A program made the position numbers and the translations under genes. From positions 1 to 64,000 of the IMG/VR virus record IMGVR_UViG_3300029505_000004: a DNA stretch of 64,000 nucleotides. One strand, 5' to 3'. The notes below the pieces were generated by a model. That model saw nothing but the letters and a program-made list of their open reading frames with translations. It did not search any database and was not told the DNA's origin. Below, one piece after another: positions 9,505 to 18,835 of this stretch (position 1 is the stretch's first letter; every line of letters starts with the position of its first letter). Source of the stretch: a virus.

Positions 9505-10038
9505 ATGGAATTTAAAGTCGGTGATATAGTAAAGGTAAAAGATATTCAGGATTTGATTAAAAGAGGTAAATGTGACGAAAAGACTGCACGCCATATTTCA
9601 GGTGTAGAATTTATAATTAATGCGTTTGTTGTAAAAGCAAATCAATATGAACTTAAATCCAAAACCGGTTTTACAGTATATTGTTATGAAGATGAAATCG
9701 AGAAATGCGAGGATATCGAAAATGAAAGCATAAAGAACGACCGGAAAGACGACAAGGTTATGATGGAACTTTTGCCTTGGCCGGAACTGGAAGAAGTCGG
9801 GAAAGTATACACTGCAGGAGCAAAAAAATATGGCCCCAACAAATGGCAAAACCTTCCAGACGGATATCAGAGATATAAAGGTGCCATGCTCCGGCACCTT
9901 ACCGAACTGGAAAAGGGTAATGATATTGATCCGGAAACAGGATGCTTGCACGCGGCACAGATAGTATGGAATGCAATTGCCATGTTGCACTGTAAAATGG
10001 AAGAAATGTCTTTAAAAAATAATGTTTGCAATGGATAG
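9505..10038 (+). CDS. protein with a C-terminal dATP/dGTP pyrophosphohydrolase-like (MazG-related) domain
   Basis: AGAKKYGPNKWQN ... AMLRHLTELEKGNDIDPETGCLHAAQIVWNAIAML resembles the phage dNTP-PPase helical domain (recalled, not searched). Confidence 0.45.
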   Translation: MEFKVGDIVKVKDIQDLIKRGKCDEKTARHISGVEFIINAFVVKANQYELKSKTGFTVYCYEDEIEKCEDIENESIKNDRKDDKVMMELLPWPELEEVGKVYTAGAKKYGPNKWQNLPDGYQRYKGAMLRHLTELEKGNDIDPETGCLHAAQIVWNAIAMLHCKMEEMSLKNNVCNG

Positions 10039-10501
10039 TTTGAATACGCCAGAAAGATTGCTTGATAGTTTTACACTTATAGCAATGAATGGGAGAGAAG
10101 TTAATGAAGTTGTCTACAAACATATAGCTTTAAAAGCTGTTCAAATGGCTAGACAAGAAGGATGGATTTGCCCTAAATGCGGAAAGGTTTATTCTCCCAG
10201 TGTAGATAATTGCTCAAGCTGCAATGGGGGGAAAGCAAGTCAATATGACAGGGAAAAGGCCCAAAAAAGACTACATGATTTAGGCATAAATATGGATAAG
10301 GTATGTCGTATAAGGCTTTATATACCAGATATTGATTCGGTTAAAATTGAGAATGAATATTGGCTTTTTAAAAGCAATGGTGCTGAATTTAAACTGAATT
10401 TCTCAGATATGTCAGTCCTGCAATATGTAAAAGGCGAATACATTATAACAGATCTTTCAAAAACATTGAAAGAACTTATAAAAGGGCACTTAATATATTG
10501 A
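10022..10501 (+). CDS. zinc-ribbon protein (159 aa)
   Basis: CPKCGKVYSPSVDNCSSCNG (CxxC-x12-CxxC). Confidence 0.55.
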   Translation: MFAMDSLNTPERLLDSFTLIAMNGREVNEVVYKHIALKAVQMARQEGWICPKCGKVYSPSVDNCSSCNGGKASQYDREKAQKRLHDLGINMDKVCRIRLYIPDIDSVKIENEYWLFKSNGAEFKLNFSDMSVLQYVKGEYIITDLSKTLKELIKGHLIY

Positions 10502-10552
10502 TTTCCCCAACTTGTCAACGCTGTAATACAATAATTCAGTTAATTTGCTGGT

Positions 10553-13060
10553 ATGGAAAATGTAAAGATACAATTTAAAGGAATAACCCGTAACACGGAC
10601 GATGGAATATGCCCGGACGGGGAATGTATGGAACTGATCAACGCAAAGGTGAACAATTCCAGTATAGAACCTATTGGAAATCCCATTCAGCTAAAACAGA
10701 CGGTTCATACATACAAGGAAATATATCACCATGCGAACACTAAGAGATATATCGGGATAACCGAGGATGGTCAAATGTACGAAATGCCGGAAGATCTTTC
10801 TTCTGAAACAATTATGACGGAAGATGTAAAGGCTAAAAGTATTCAATTCATAGGTAACACGGTGTCGGTATTAACTGACACCGGTGTTAAATACCTTCTG
10901 TTTAAAAACGATGGATATGCTTATCTGGGTGAACTTCCTGATATGCCCGGCATGACTATCAGGAAAAAACTTGCCGTGGTAGATGCGGATATAACAGAAG
11001 TATCAGAATTAAGCGACACAGAAGTAAGATATGGCAACTTTGTGAAGGTACTGAATAATGCAAACAAAAAAGGATATTATTGCTATGCTGCCGCCTTTTG
11101 TGCCGCGTTTCGTCTGTTCGATGGAAGTATTGTAAAGACAACAGAAATTCAAATACCTTTCCTCGGCTACGATGATATAATGTCATATAATTATAATTCA
11201 TCTGACAGCGGAAGCGTCAGTGTAGAAATGAAAGGTGGGTTGAGTGATACCCAGTTCATTCAGGTAAATACGTCTAATGGTGCCAAAGCTGCATTGTTGT
11301 GTTTTAAGCCGGAATTTGTTTTTGACGACTATGATCTGTCGGCATGGGCAGATATCATTTTGAGCATTGATATTTTCTCTACTGACAGCCTGAGATTTAA
11401 AGTCAGTGATCTGTACGACAATATAGAATCCGCTACTACCAGAGCGTCTAATATAAGCCTGATGTATAATATTGCGGAATTGAAGATCGGAGAAACTACC
11501 ATTGTACCCGACCTAGATGTATCATCCGACAACATGGCCGTACAGAAAAGCATGGTTGACGGATTTGGGTATAATCACAAGGTTAATGCTTCAAAGTCTT
11601 ATTCGTACAATAACAGGCTTCATCTTTTCGGAATAACAAAGACTTTATTTGAAGGCTATAAAATAGTAGCGGGGGCAGAAAATTATACTTTTGATGTATA
11701 CACCTATATCCACACCTCTAACGGTGATAAAATTGTTCATTCATCACAAAAGGGATCTTACATTCCGTCATTCATAATTTATCCTGATAGCCGGGCATAC
11801 AAAATTGTTGTAAACTGTGCTTCGATCAATAAAGGAAAAACTTTCCTTTTAAACAGCAGCAATTATTTCAATTTCTCTTATTATTGCAGGTCATTTCAGG
11901 ACGTATTGATATCAACCAAATACCGGTGCAGGACAAGTTATTTCACCGACACCACTACTGATTATTTTGTAGATATGCAATACTTGGTACGGCCAACAGA
12001 TAATATTGATTATTCCAAAGATAATATATTATTGGCTTCCAATGTAAACAATCCGTTCTACTTCCCTGCCGATCAGACCTACCAGTTTCAGACACCTATT
12101 GTCGGGGTGCAGTCAAATGTGATAGCAATGTCTCAGGGCCAGTTCGGACAGTTCCCTTTGTATGTGTTTACAAAGGACGGAATATATGCAATGTCTGTCG
12201 GATCCGGAACACTGGCCTACTCTACCCAGACACCGGTAACAAGAGACGTATGTAACAATCCGGATTCTATATGTGGGCTTGATACAATGGTAGCCTTTTC
12301 TACCGAAAGGGGCCTTATGGTAATAGATGGTGCTACTACCCAGCTGATATCGGAAAAGATATACGGATTTCTGCCTTCATGTTCCATATCTTCACCGATC
12401 ATTACCCGTATACTCGCTGTTGCCGGTCTGGATTCATGCCTGTCAAGCGTTGTGTTCCCGGACTATCTGGAAACGGCAAAAGTGGGATATAACTACGAAA
12501 CAAAGGAAGTCGTGGTAGCAAACGGGGATTTCCCCTACTCTTATGTATATTCCCTTAAAACCGGAGAATGGCATAAGATCTCACAACAGATAGATTCTTT
12601 TGTGAATTCCTATCCGTATACCTGGGCAATGATCGGAACGCAAATACTTGATCTGAATAACATGCACCGGAGTGTTTCAAAGATAGCCCTTGTTACCAGA
12701 CCTATTAAGATGGGAACACTTACGCATAAAAGAATACTCCAGACCGCCTTGAGAGGAATAGTCAAGAGAAGCCTGTCAGATCTTTACATTAAGGGAGAAC
12801 CGGTAATGTTCAGAGGTGAAGGAGTAGATATCTTCTCTGATGTCGGAATGTATATTCTGGCTTCCAATGATGCGGAACATTTTGAACTTGTTGCAAAGAA
12901 AGAAAAAATGATTGATATCCGGGATCTTGTCACAAAGATGAACAAGAGCAAACCATACAAGTATTTTATGATATGCCTTGTCGGTGGTGTACGAACTGAC
13001 GTTTCAGTGAACTACATTGAAATGATGGTAGACGAAAGCTTTACTAACAGGCTCAGATAA
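10553..13060 (+). CDS. large hypothetical protein (835 aa), possibly a virion/tail structural (nozzle-sized) protein
   Basis: Long ORF at the end of the plus-strand block, followed by a strong terminator; beta-rich S/T/N/Y composition; no catalytic motif seen. Confidence 0.5.
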   Translation: MENVKIQFKGITRNTDDGICPDGECMELINAKVNNSSIEPIGNPIQLKQTVHTYKEIYHHANTKRYIGITEDGQMYEMPEDLSSETIMTEDVKAKSIQFIGNTVSVLTDTGVKYLLFKNDGYAYLGELPDMPGMTIRKKLAVVDADITEVSELSDTEVRYGNFVKVLNNANKKGYYCYAAAFCAAFRLFDGSIVKTTEIQIPFLGYDDIMSYNYNSSDSGSVSVEMKGGLSDTQFIQVNTSNGAKAALLCFKPEFVFDDYDLSAWADIILSIDIFSTDSLRFKVSDLYDNIESATTRASNISLMYNIAELKIGETTIVPDLDVSSDNMAVQKSMVDGFGYNHKVNASKSYSYNNRLHLFGITKTLFEGYKIVAGAENYTFDVYTYIHTSNGDKIVHSSQKGSYIPSFIIYPDSRAYKIVVNCASINKGKTFLLNSSNYFNFSYYCRSFQDVLISTKYRCRTSYFTDTTTDYFVDMQYLVRPTDNIDYSKDNILLASNVNNPFYFPADQTYQFQTPIVGVQSNVIAMSQGQFGQFPLYVFTKDGIYAMSVGSGTLAYSTQTPVTRDVCNNPDSICGLDTMVAFSTERGLMVIDGATTQLISEKIYGFLPSCSISSPIITRILAVAGLDSCLSSVVFPDYLETAKVGYNYETKEVVVANGDFPYSYVYSLKTGEWHKISQQIDSFVNSYPYTWAMIGTQILDLNNMHRSVSKIALVTRPIKMGTLTHKRILQTALRGIVKRSLSDLYIKGEPVMFRGEGVDIFSDVGMYILASNDAEHFELVAKKEKMIDIRDLVTKMNKSKPYKYFMICLVGGVRTDVSVNYIEMMVDESFTNRLR

Positions 13061-13063
13061 AAA

Positions 13064-13090
13064 AGGGGAAGTGAAAACTTCCCTTTTTTT
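13064..13090. terminator. bidirectional rho-independent terminator between convergent gene blocks
   Basis: GGGAAGT-GAAA-ACTTCCC stem-loop (13066-13083), flanked by an A-run upstream and TTTTTTT downstream. Confidence 0.8.
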
Positions 13091-13517
13091 ATATCCCCAT
13101 TTCTGCGGCCCTTCGCCTTACTTTGGGTGCTAATGCACAAATACTGTTTTTAAGCCGGTCCAATGCCTGATCCTTTTCTGTCGGATCTACATTATAACCG
13201 TTGTCCGAAAGCCATTTGTAGGATATGTATTCTACCATGTAATCACCCAGAAGCCGGTCAACACATTTGGTTATCTCTTCCTTCTTCGGCCTTTGGCTGG
13301 TTATTTCGATACTGTCCTCTGTGATTATAACTTCTACCAGCCTTTTCTGGGCATAGAAGTTTATCTCGTTCAGGGCTTCATCAAAATAATCTCCCAGAAT
13401 ATCCGATTCGTCTTTGCTTGCCTGAATGATTTTTGACAAAGGATTTTCCTGCTTTTTGGCTTCGCCGATATAGTAGGTTTTAGTGAAAACCTTGTCTATT
13501 ATTTGCTGTTTGTTCAT
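13089..13517 (-). CDS. hypothetical protein, paralog 3 of a tandem trio (gp6-like connector pattern?)
   Basis: Shares YYIGEAKK ... ASKDESDILGDYFDEA ... LGDYMVEYISYKW pattern with the two upstream ORFs. Confidence 0.6.
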   Translation of the reverse strand: MNKQQIIDKVFTKTYYIGEAKKQENPLSKIIQASKDESDILGDYFDEALNEINFYAQKRLVEVIITEDSIEITSQRPKKEEITKCVDRLLGDYMVEYISYKWLSDNGYNVDPTEKDQALDRLKNSICALAPKVRRRAAEMGI

Positions 13518-13978
13518 GTTCTTTCAGGTTTAAGCCGTCTGGCCGAAAGCTGAATAAGTTCCGTTTCCAGACGGATCAGCATTTCTTCAAACCTTTTTGC
13601 TTCGTCTGATTTGATCACATTGAGCCAGCTTCGCAAAATAGCCGTTGACATGTAGTTTGTTATATAATCTACAAGCTGATCCTGCAGGTCCGGTGTGTTG
13701 GCGGCTGCTTTTACTGTAAATGTGATATTTCCATCTCCATCTGTGTAGCTTGTCTCTCCTAACATTCTCGACAGAAGATTACAAACAACCGATGTGGCGT
13801 CAGATACATAATCTTTCAAAATCGGATCATCATCATCTGAAGCCTGTATCTTTGCGGATATTTCCACCAGACGGGGATCTGATTTCGCTGATTCACCGAT
13901 GTAATACGCTTGATCCTTTACTCTCAACAGGAGATCTCTTACAACCACCTGCGGTGTTAAACTTTTACTTCCTTCCAT
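13514..13978 (-). CDS. hypothetical protein, paralog 2 of the tandem trio
   Basis: YYIGESAKS ... ASDDDDPILKDYVSDA ... LVDYITNYMSTAILRSW; ATGA coupling. Confidence 0.6.
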   Translation of the reverse strand: MEGSKSLTPQVVVRDLLLRVKDQAYYIGESAKSDPRLVEISAKIQASDDDDPILKDYVSDATSVVCNLLSRMLGETSYTDGDGNITFTVKAAANTPDLQDQLVDYITNYMSTAILRSWLNVIKSDEAKRFEEMLIRLETELIQLSARRLKPERT

Positions 13979-14400
13979 TATCTCTGCGGTTTTTTACGTT
14001 CACACAATAATTTTGTTATGTTTGTAGCATTAATTACAACTTTGTCTGCATAATACTTCACATCATCCCTGTTGGTCATGGCAAACCATCTTTGACAGAT
14101 TGAGTTAGATATATAGTTGGTCAGACACTGGGTAAGTGTAGTTAGTGCCGCGTCTTTCCAGTTTACAGGAAGATCAAAGTCTATGCTTATTTCTCCCTCT
14201 CCAAAAGACAAAGTACCATACGAAGATATTACATCACTTAATTCTGCGGCAGATTCCTTCATAAGCGGCTGAACAATCTTCATTTCATCTTCCGTAAGCG
14301 AAAGCTTGTCTATATTATCCAGAGCCTTTCCGGTGTGCGCGGTGATTGCATACACATCTTCGTATATCTTACTTTCCTGAATTGTTACGTTTACTTCCAT
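13978..14400 (-). CDS. hypothetical protein, paralog 1 of the tandem trio
   Basis: Start set to the ATG at 14400 (MEVNVTIQ...); similar size and a similar C-terminal TNYISNSICQRWF motif. Confidence 0.5.
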   Translation of the reverse strand: MEVNVTIQESKIYEDVYAITAHTGKALDNIDKLSLTEDEMKIVQPLMKESAAELSDVISSYGTLSFGEGEISIDFDLPVNWKDAALTTLTQCLTNYISNSICQRWFAMTNRDDVKYYADKVVINATNITKLLCERKKPQR

Positions 14401-14870
14401 AATTTCCTGATAAAAAAATAATATATCAGATAACCGGATCCGGCCAGAACTAAAGACCATAAAACCCATGATATCCATACCGGATTTACTTTCTTCTCTT
14501 CTGTCTTGCTATATTCTGTTTCCGTATAGGTAGAATCCCTTATGTTAGATCCGGACTTGATCTGTTCCTGACTGAATACTTCTGTCTCGGCCCGAGAATT
14601 TCCGGTGTAATCTGTTTCTGTCTGAACAGTAGAAACAACATGCTGTTTGCCTGTGCTGTCTGGTTCTGAAAAGAACGTCTCGGTCTTTTTGATCTTATAA
14701 TTTCCAAAGACTACTTCTTTTTGAAACACATGATCATTCCTAGAGGAAATAAGAGAATCCCATTTGCTTCTCACATTCTCCAGAGAAGTGTTCAACGTTT
14801 CTTCCGATTTGTACTTTCTGGAAGCACAGGCTGTAAAAAGCAATAATACTATGAATGCAAATACTTTCAT
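14391..14870 (-). CDS. unimolecular-spanin-like protein (N-terminal lipoprotein signal plus C-terminal TM anchor)
   Basis: MKVFAFIVLLLFTAC lipobox-like signal; C-terminal PVWISWVLWSLVLAGSGYLIYYFFIRKLWK; start overlaps the endolysin stop (ATGA). Confidence 0.55.
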   Translation of the reverse strand: MKVFAFIVLLLFTACASRKYKSEETLNTSLENVRSKWDSLISSRNDHVFQKEVVFGNYKIKKTETFFSEPDSTGKQHVVSTVQTETDYTGNSRAETEVFSQEQIKSGSNIRDSTYTETEYSKTEEKKVNPVWISWVLWSLVLAGSGYLIYYFFIRKLWK

Positions 14871-15385
14871 GCTTCAAATTTAAATTTGTTGATACGGTTC
14901 ATCCATCCTTTCTTGTATTTTTTGTTGGTCGGCCTTGCCTTGCAGATTTCATCAATGTATTTAATACGGTCATTCTTGATCTGGAAGTACAAAGACATGG
15001 GATCCATTGCGTTCAATGCAGCAATAGTCTTATCACCTACAATTCCATCAACCGTTACGCCAAGTATTTTCTGTGGCCTTTTAATTCCATGAACACCGGA
15101 AGCCCACACCCAATCAACAAGTATATTGGCAACAGACTGATTTTCTATCCGGTCAGCCTGCCATCTGTCCCAGAACATTGTTTTGAGAATTTCCGTCCAT
15201 TCTTCATCACTGATGTTTTTCAGATCGTCAATAGAAGGATCTGGAAGCCCTTTCCTTTTTCTGTATTCCTTGTATGTAGTAAGGGTTATTCCCCTGTTGG
15301 TTGCTCCACCCAGATCATCCGGATCGTTTACAAAACCACCTTCACATTTCAGGATAAATGGTTTCAATTTATTCACGTTTGCCAT
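14867..15385 (-). CDS. endolysin, GH108 lysozyme domain plus PG-binding domain
   Basis: CEGGFVNDPDDLGGATNRGITL (GH108 signature); C-terminal VDGIVGDKTIAALN (PG_binding_3-like). Confidence 0.85.
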   Translation of the reverse strand: MANVNKLKPFILKCEGGFVNDPDDLGGATNRGITLTTYKEYRKRKGLPDPSIDDLKNISDEEWTEILKTMFWDRWQADRIENQSVANILVDWVWASGVHGIKRPQKILGVTVDGIVGDKTIAALNAMDPMSLYFQIKNDRIKYIDEICKARPTNKKYKKGWMNRINKFKFEA

Positions 15386-15851
15386 TGTTTACCTCCTTAT
15401 CTTCTTTTAAAATGCACTTGACTTCTTCATCATTTACGTCTACTGCTTTTTTCGCAAAGACACGTGCGGCTCCAAGCATATCAATCTTGATTCCTTTAGG
15501 TTTAAGAATATTGCCTATAATGCTGCATAATTCGATAAATGAGACCAGCAAACAGGCGTATACGTCTATATCCCAGCCTTTACCGCTTGCTACATTAATC
15601 ATACAAACCGCACATACAAAAGCAAAGTATGTGGTTATTTTACCCATAGTGGCACGTATAGCACGCGAAAAGCGAACCGTCTCACCCATAAGAAGGCTTT
15701 TCCTTACGCCGAATGCCAGATCTGCCATGATAACAACAAAACTAACAATTAACCAGGGTATCATGTGTTGTAATGATTCCATGATAAATGCAGTTGCTAC
15801 ACTGGCAAAGCTTCCTTGAATTGTTCCTGAAATAATACCTTTTTCTTCCAT
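15369..15851 (-). CDS. holin (multi-TM phage holin family)
   Basis: Start set to MEEKGII at 15851; at least 3 hydrophobic segments and a charged C-terminus; directly upstream of and overlapping the endolysin gene. Confidence 0.65.
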   Translation of the reverse strand: MEEKGIISGTIQGSFASVATAFIMESLQHMIPWLIVSFVVIMADLAFGVRKSLLMGETVRFSRAIRATMGKITTYFAFVCAVCMINVASGKGWDIDVYACLLVSFIELCSIIGNILKPKGIKIDMLGAARVFAKKAVDVNDEEVKCILKEDKEVNNGKRE

Positions 15852-15959
15852 GTTGTCGTGTTTTTGACAAAAATAGTAATTATATGCAAAAACAAAGAAG
15901 AGGTACAAGCAATTATCTAACCGCCTGTACCTCTTTGATAAACATATTTCCCAATTCAA

Positions 15960-16508
15960 CTACATAGGGGAATTGCTGTACATTTTCCCTTTGAAGTATT
16001 TCCTTACATTAAATCCCATGTCTATGTCCTTCAGCTTTTCTACGGCTTTCCGGTAGCATGACAAAGCCATCTTTTCATTGGGAACTTTACGGGGATCATC
16101 ATAGCCCATATCCATAGCAATGCTCAGACCGTGATCACTATAACATACGTTTGCTGTAACGTACAGGGCGTATGAATTATAGTAAGGCTTTTCTTCAATC
16201 ACACCGTTAAGAGATTGAACCGCTTTTGTGAATACTTCATAGGTCCAGTGGAAACCTTTTGTCCCGTCCTGATTAACCGTCCGGTTGCTGATGTTTACAG
16301 CTTCTTTGTCCGAAAGATAATTCTTCCAGCATACTTCTTCAAGGTGTGACAGCCAGCTTTCTGCCAGATCCGGATGAACTTTTGCTACTTCTTTGAAAAC
16401 CCACATTTCAGATTCTCCGAAAATCTTCATGTTGGCCGGATCCTTTGAGGAAACCATCTTGTGATAGAGTTCCTCATATCTCTGTATCATTTCGTCCGCT
16501 TTCATCAT
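15960..16508 (-). CDS. hypothetical protein (182 aa)
   Basis: ORF in the late block. Confidence 0.6.
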   Translation of the reverse strand: MMKADEMIQRYEELYHKMVSSKDPANMKIFGESEMWVFKEVAKVHPDLAESWLSHLEEVCWKNYLSDKEAVNISNRTVNQDGTKGFHWTYEVFTKAVQSLNGVIEEKPYYNSYALYVTANVCYSDHGLSIAMDMGYDDPRKVPNEKMALSCYRKAVEKLKDIDMGFNVRKYFKGKMYSNSPM

Positions 16509-16567
16509 ATCTTTTGTTTTAAGTTATCCCCACCAAACACTGGTGGGGAGTTTTTAACATATACTAC

Positions 16568-16981
16568 TTATGCAGGATATGTAGCGGCAATGGTCAAGGG
16601 GGTTGCCATACTTACACCGTATGCCAAGTTGCAGTTGCATTTATCTTTAATGTTGTCAGGACTGATTACTGTCTGCAATGCTGTTAGTGCAATTGTAGGC
16701 ACTGCATTTTCGGCTCCGATAAACGCCACTCTAAACTGTTCGTTAAACTGTTTAGGAATTGCCCTGCAAGAACCTTTAGGGGTGTAGAGAAAGCTTCCTG
16801 CTGCATTGATTGTTACTACCGTTTGAGTGCCGGTTGTTGTCTGGCTTAATACGGAAAATGTTACGCCGCCAGTGGGCATAATAGAACCCGTTGCACAGTA
16901 AGGCTGGCATACGTTTCTGACAATATCAACTAAATACTGTTGTGATGTTGCCGCAATTGTGATAGGTGCTAATGTTACCAT
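16568..16981 (-). CDS. hypothetical Cys-containing beta-rich protein (137 aa)
   Basis: ORF; third gene of a three-gene unit starting at 18019. Confidence 0.55.
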   Translation of the reverse strand: MVTLAPITIAATSQQYLVDIVRNVCQPYCATGSIMPTGGVTFSVLSQTTTGTQTVVTINAAGSFLYTPKGSCRAIPKQFNEQFRVAFIGAENAVPTIALTALQTVISPDNIKDKCNCNLAYGVSMATPLTIAATYPA

Positions 16982-16989
16982 ATATCCAA

Positions 16990-17517
16990 TTATTTTGTGT
17001 TTGGTGCAGGACTTTCAGCCGCCTGCGCTTCGGCTTTCTTTGTATCACTTGTTTTTACTACGTAGTCTGTCGTTTGGCCTACCGGAAGGTTGTAGTTAAG
17101 CAAATTCTTCAGTTCTGTCAGATCTTCTTTGTTAAAGGTCAGTTTACCTTCCATAAGTTTCAATTCGCCTGATTCAAGGGCCTTGTCAACAATCCCGTGA
17201 GCCATAGCCGGGATAGATTCATCAGGCACACTTGAAAGGTATTTACCCAGCATTGGCTGTACAATGCTATTGGTGATAGGTTCTATCATGGGTGCCAGTT
17301 CTTGAGTAAGTGACCAGCTGGGAGAAACAATACCCATCTGTCGTACTTTATTCTCAATCATCTGTAATGCTGGGAATGAGGACATTTTTGCTTGTGAAAG
17401 CTGCAACACAACCGGCTGCAACCATCTGTTCAGAACTGCCGCTAGTATCTGAGAGTTAGTATATTGCATAATGTTTGTCGTTTTATAGGTCGGAGCGTAC
17501 CTAAACGCCCCGGCCAT
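16990..17517 (-). CDS. hypothetical protein (175 aa)
   Basis: ORF; second gene of the unit. Confidence 0.6.
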   Translation of the reverse strand: MAGAFRYAPTYKTTNIMQYTNSQILAAVLNRWLQPVVLQLSQAKMSSFPALQMIENKVRQMGIVSPSWSLTQELAPMIEPITNSIVQPMLGKYLSSVPDESIPAMAHGIVDKALESGELKLMEGKLTFNKEDLTELKNLLNYNLPVGQTTDYVVKTSDTKKAEAQAAESPAPNTK

Positions 17518-17530
17518 TTAAGAATTGATT

Positions 17531-18019
17531 TTACTGGTTGCTGCAACAAGTGTCGCACACTTTGTTCTGCGGAACAACCAACTGAGACAGAGATTGCAGC
17601 TGTGCAATTTGCTGGCCCAGACAGCTGATGTTGGCAGTAGCAGTAGCGTTGTAAGTAGCCTGCTGCAAGTTGACAGCGTTCTGTGCGTCTCTGAAGTTTT
17701 CCAGTTTTGTAGCAACCTTACCGATTTCACCCTGCAAGTAAGCAGTAGCTTCAACGATCTTCTGATCAGTGTACACCTGAGAACGCAACAGGGCATTTTC
17801 AGATTTCAAAGAATCAGCTTCGCGAGTAAGGTTCAATTCATAACGGTTTACAGCCATGTTTTCAGAACAGCCGCAGTTTCCGTTGTTCCAGCCACCGAGA
17901 AAGTTTCCACCATTAAATCCCAGGAAAGAAGCCGTACCGAGTGCTCCCAAAACCGTGTTCAGATTACCCTGTCCCTGTCCGGTGACATTGTAGTTCTTGC
18001 CGTTTACATCTAATGTCAT
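17531..18019 (-). CDS. Gly/Asn-rich coiled-coil protein with a Cys-rich C-terminus (162 aa)
   Basis: N-terminus GQGQGNLNTVLGALGTASFLGFNGGNFLGGWNNGNCGC, central heptad-like region, C-terminus CDTCCSNQ. The overlapping ORFs in other frames are low-complexity artefacts. Confidence 0.55.
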   Translation of the reverse strand: MTLDVNGKNYNVTGQGQGNLNTVLGALGTASFLGFNGGNFLGGWNNGNCGCSENMAVNRYELNLTREADSLKSENALLRSQVYTDQKIVEATAYLQGEIGKVATKLENFRDAQNAVNLQQATYNATATANISCLGQQIAQLQSLSQLVVPQNKVCDTCCSNQ

Positions 18020-18111
18020 AGTGTTGTGAATTTAATTTGCCTTCTTATTGCTTCCGGCATTGCAAACTAGGATAATTATCAGTATCTTAGCTGAGCACAA
18101 AGATATATGAC

Positions 18112-18411
18112 ATGAAACACGACGACAATGGGGTAAAAACCTCAATTTCTAAAAGAGAAATGGAAGTGATGGAAGAACTGTCACACGGACTTACAGAAAA
18201 AGAAATAGGCGAGAAATTATTTATCTCGCCCAAAACTGTAAATAACCATCTTAGTAATATACGCGAAAAGATAGGTGTTACTAAAAATGTAGAAGTAGTT
18301 GCCTACTATATTGCAAATTTGCGTGGTAAAAAGTTTGATTTAAAGCTGTTGCATGAATATGGGATAAGTATATTTATTCTTCTCTTAAATGTGTGTTCTC
18401 TGAACAGATAA
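18112..18411 (+). CDS. LuxR/GerE-type HTH DNA-binding protein (DNA-binding domain only)
   Basis: REMEVMEELSHGLTEKEIGEKLFISPKTVNNHLSNIREKIGV is a typical GerE HTH; the only plus-strand gene inside the minus-strand late block. Confidence 0.75.
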   Translation: MKHDDNGVKTSISKREMEVMEELSHGLTEKEIGEKLFISPKTVNNHLSNIREKIGVTKNVEVVAYYIANLRGKKFDLKLLHEYGISIFILLLNVCSLNR

Positions 18412-18835
18412 TTTTACCTACTCTATATGTAATTCGGAACACCAGCCATGTGATAATTGACATTATCGCAATAGACAATGATATGCTAAAATACTTAGCT
18501 AGTCCTATAATTTTATGATAGTATAAAATATTTATTACGTGAGACAACATAGAAAATATTATAGACATCTTATACCATTTACACATGTTTTTACTTCTTG
18601 ATAGCACTAATTGCAACCAGAATATAGAATGACCTGATAAATTTGCGTTATAACTTGCATATAGAGGGCTATAATTCTTTGTGTAGAAACATATAACGCT
18701 AATGCAATACATTATTGAAGATATAAATGGAACATACATAATCATAAACCTTTCATACATTCCATATATCTTTTTAAAATAAAGAAGGTGTGAATATATC
18801 ACACCTTTTAAACGACTTTTAAATTCTCTTTTCAT
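18374..18835 (-). CDS. AT-rich multi-pass membrane protein (153 aa)
   Basis: About 4 hydrophobic segments; visibly AT-richer than neighbouring genes; 3' end overlaps the LuxR gene by 38 nt. Confidence 0.55.
   Translation of the reverse strand: MKREFKSRLKGVIYSHLLYFKKIYGMYERFMIMYVPFISSIMYCISVICFYTKNYSPLYASYNANLSGHSIFWLQLVLSRSKNMCKWYKMSIIFSMLSHVINILYYHKIIGLAKYFSISLSIAIMSIITWLVFRITYRVGKIICSENTHLREE

Noticed and set aside
14855-15819. Plus-strand ORFs 14855..15421, 15183..15410 and 15358..15819
   Set aside because: They are antisense to the motif-supported endolysin and holin genes.
16509-16567. Hairpin CCCCACCA-aacac-TGGTGGGG as a terminator
   Set aside because: The T-run follows it only on the plus strand, where no gene ends. 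On the coding (minus) strand it lacks a U-tract. It may be an RNA stability or processing element, but a terminator call is unsupported.
17518-18013. ORFs 17525..18013(+) and 17518..17796(-) overlapping the 17531..18019(-) gene
   Set aside because: They are shadow ORFs in a biased, low-complexity region. Only the 17531..18019 frame has a sensible start, stop and operon context.
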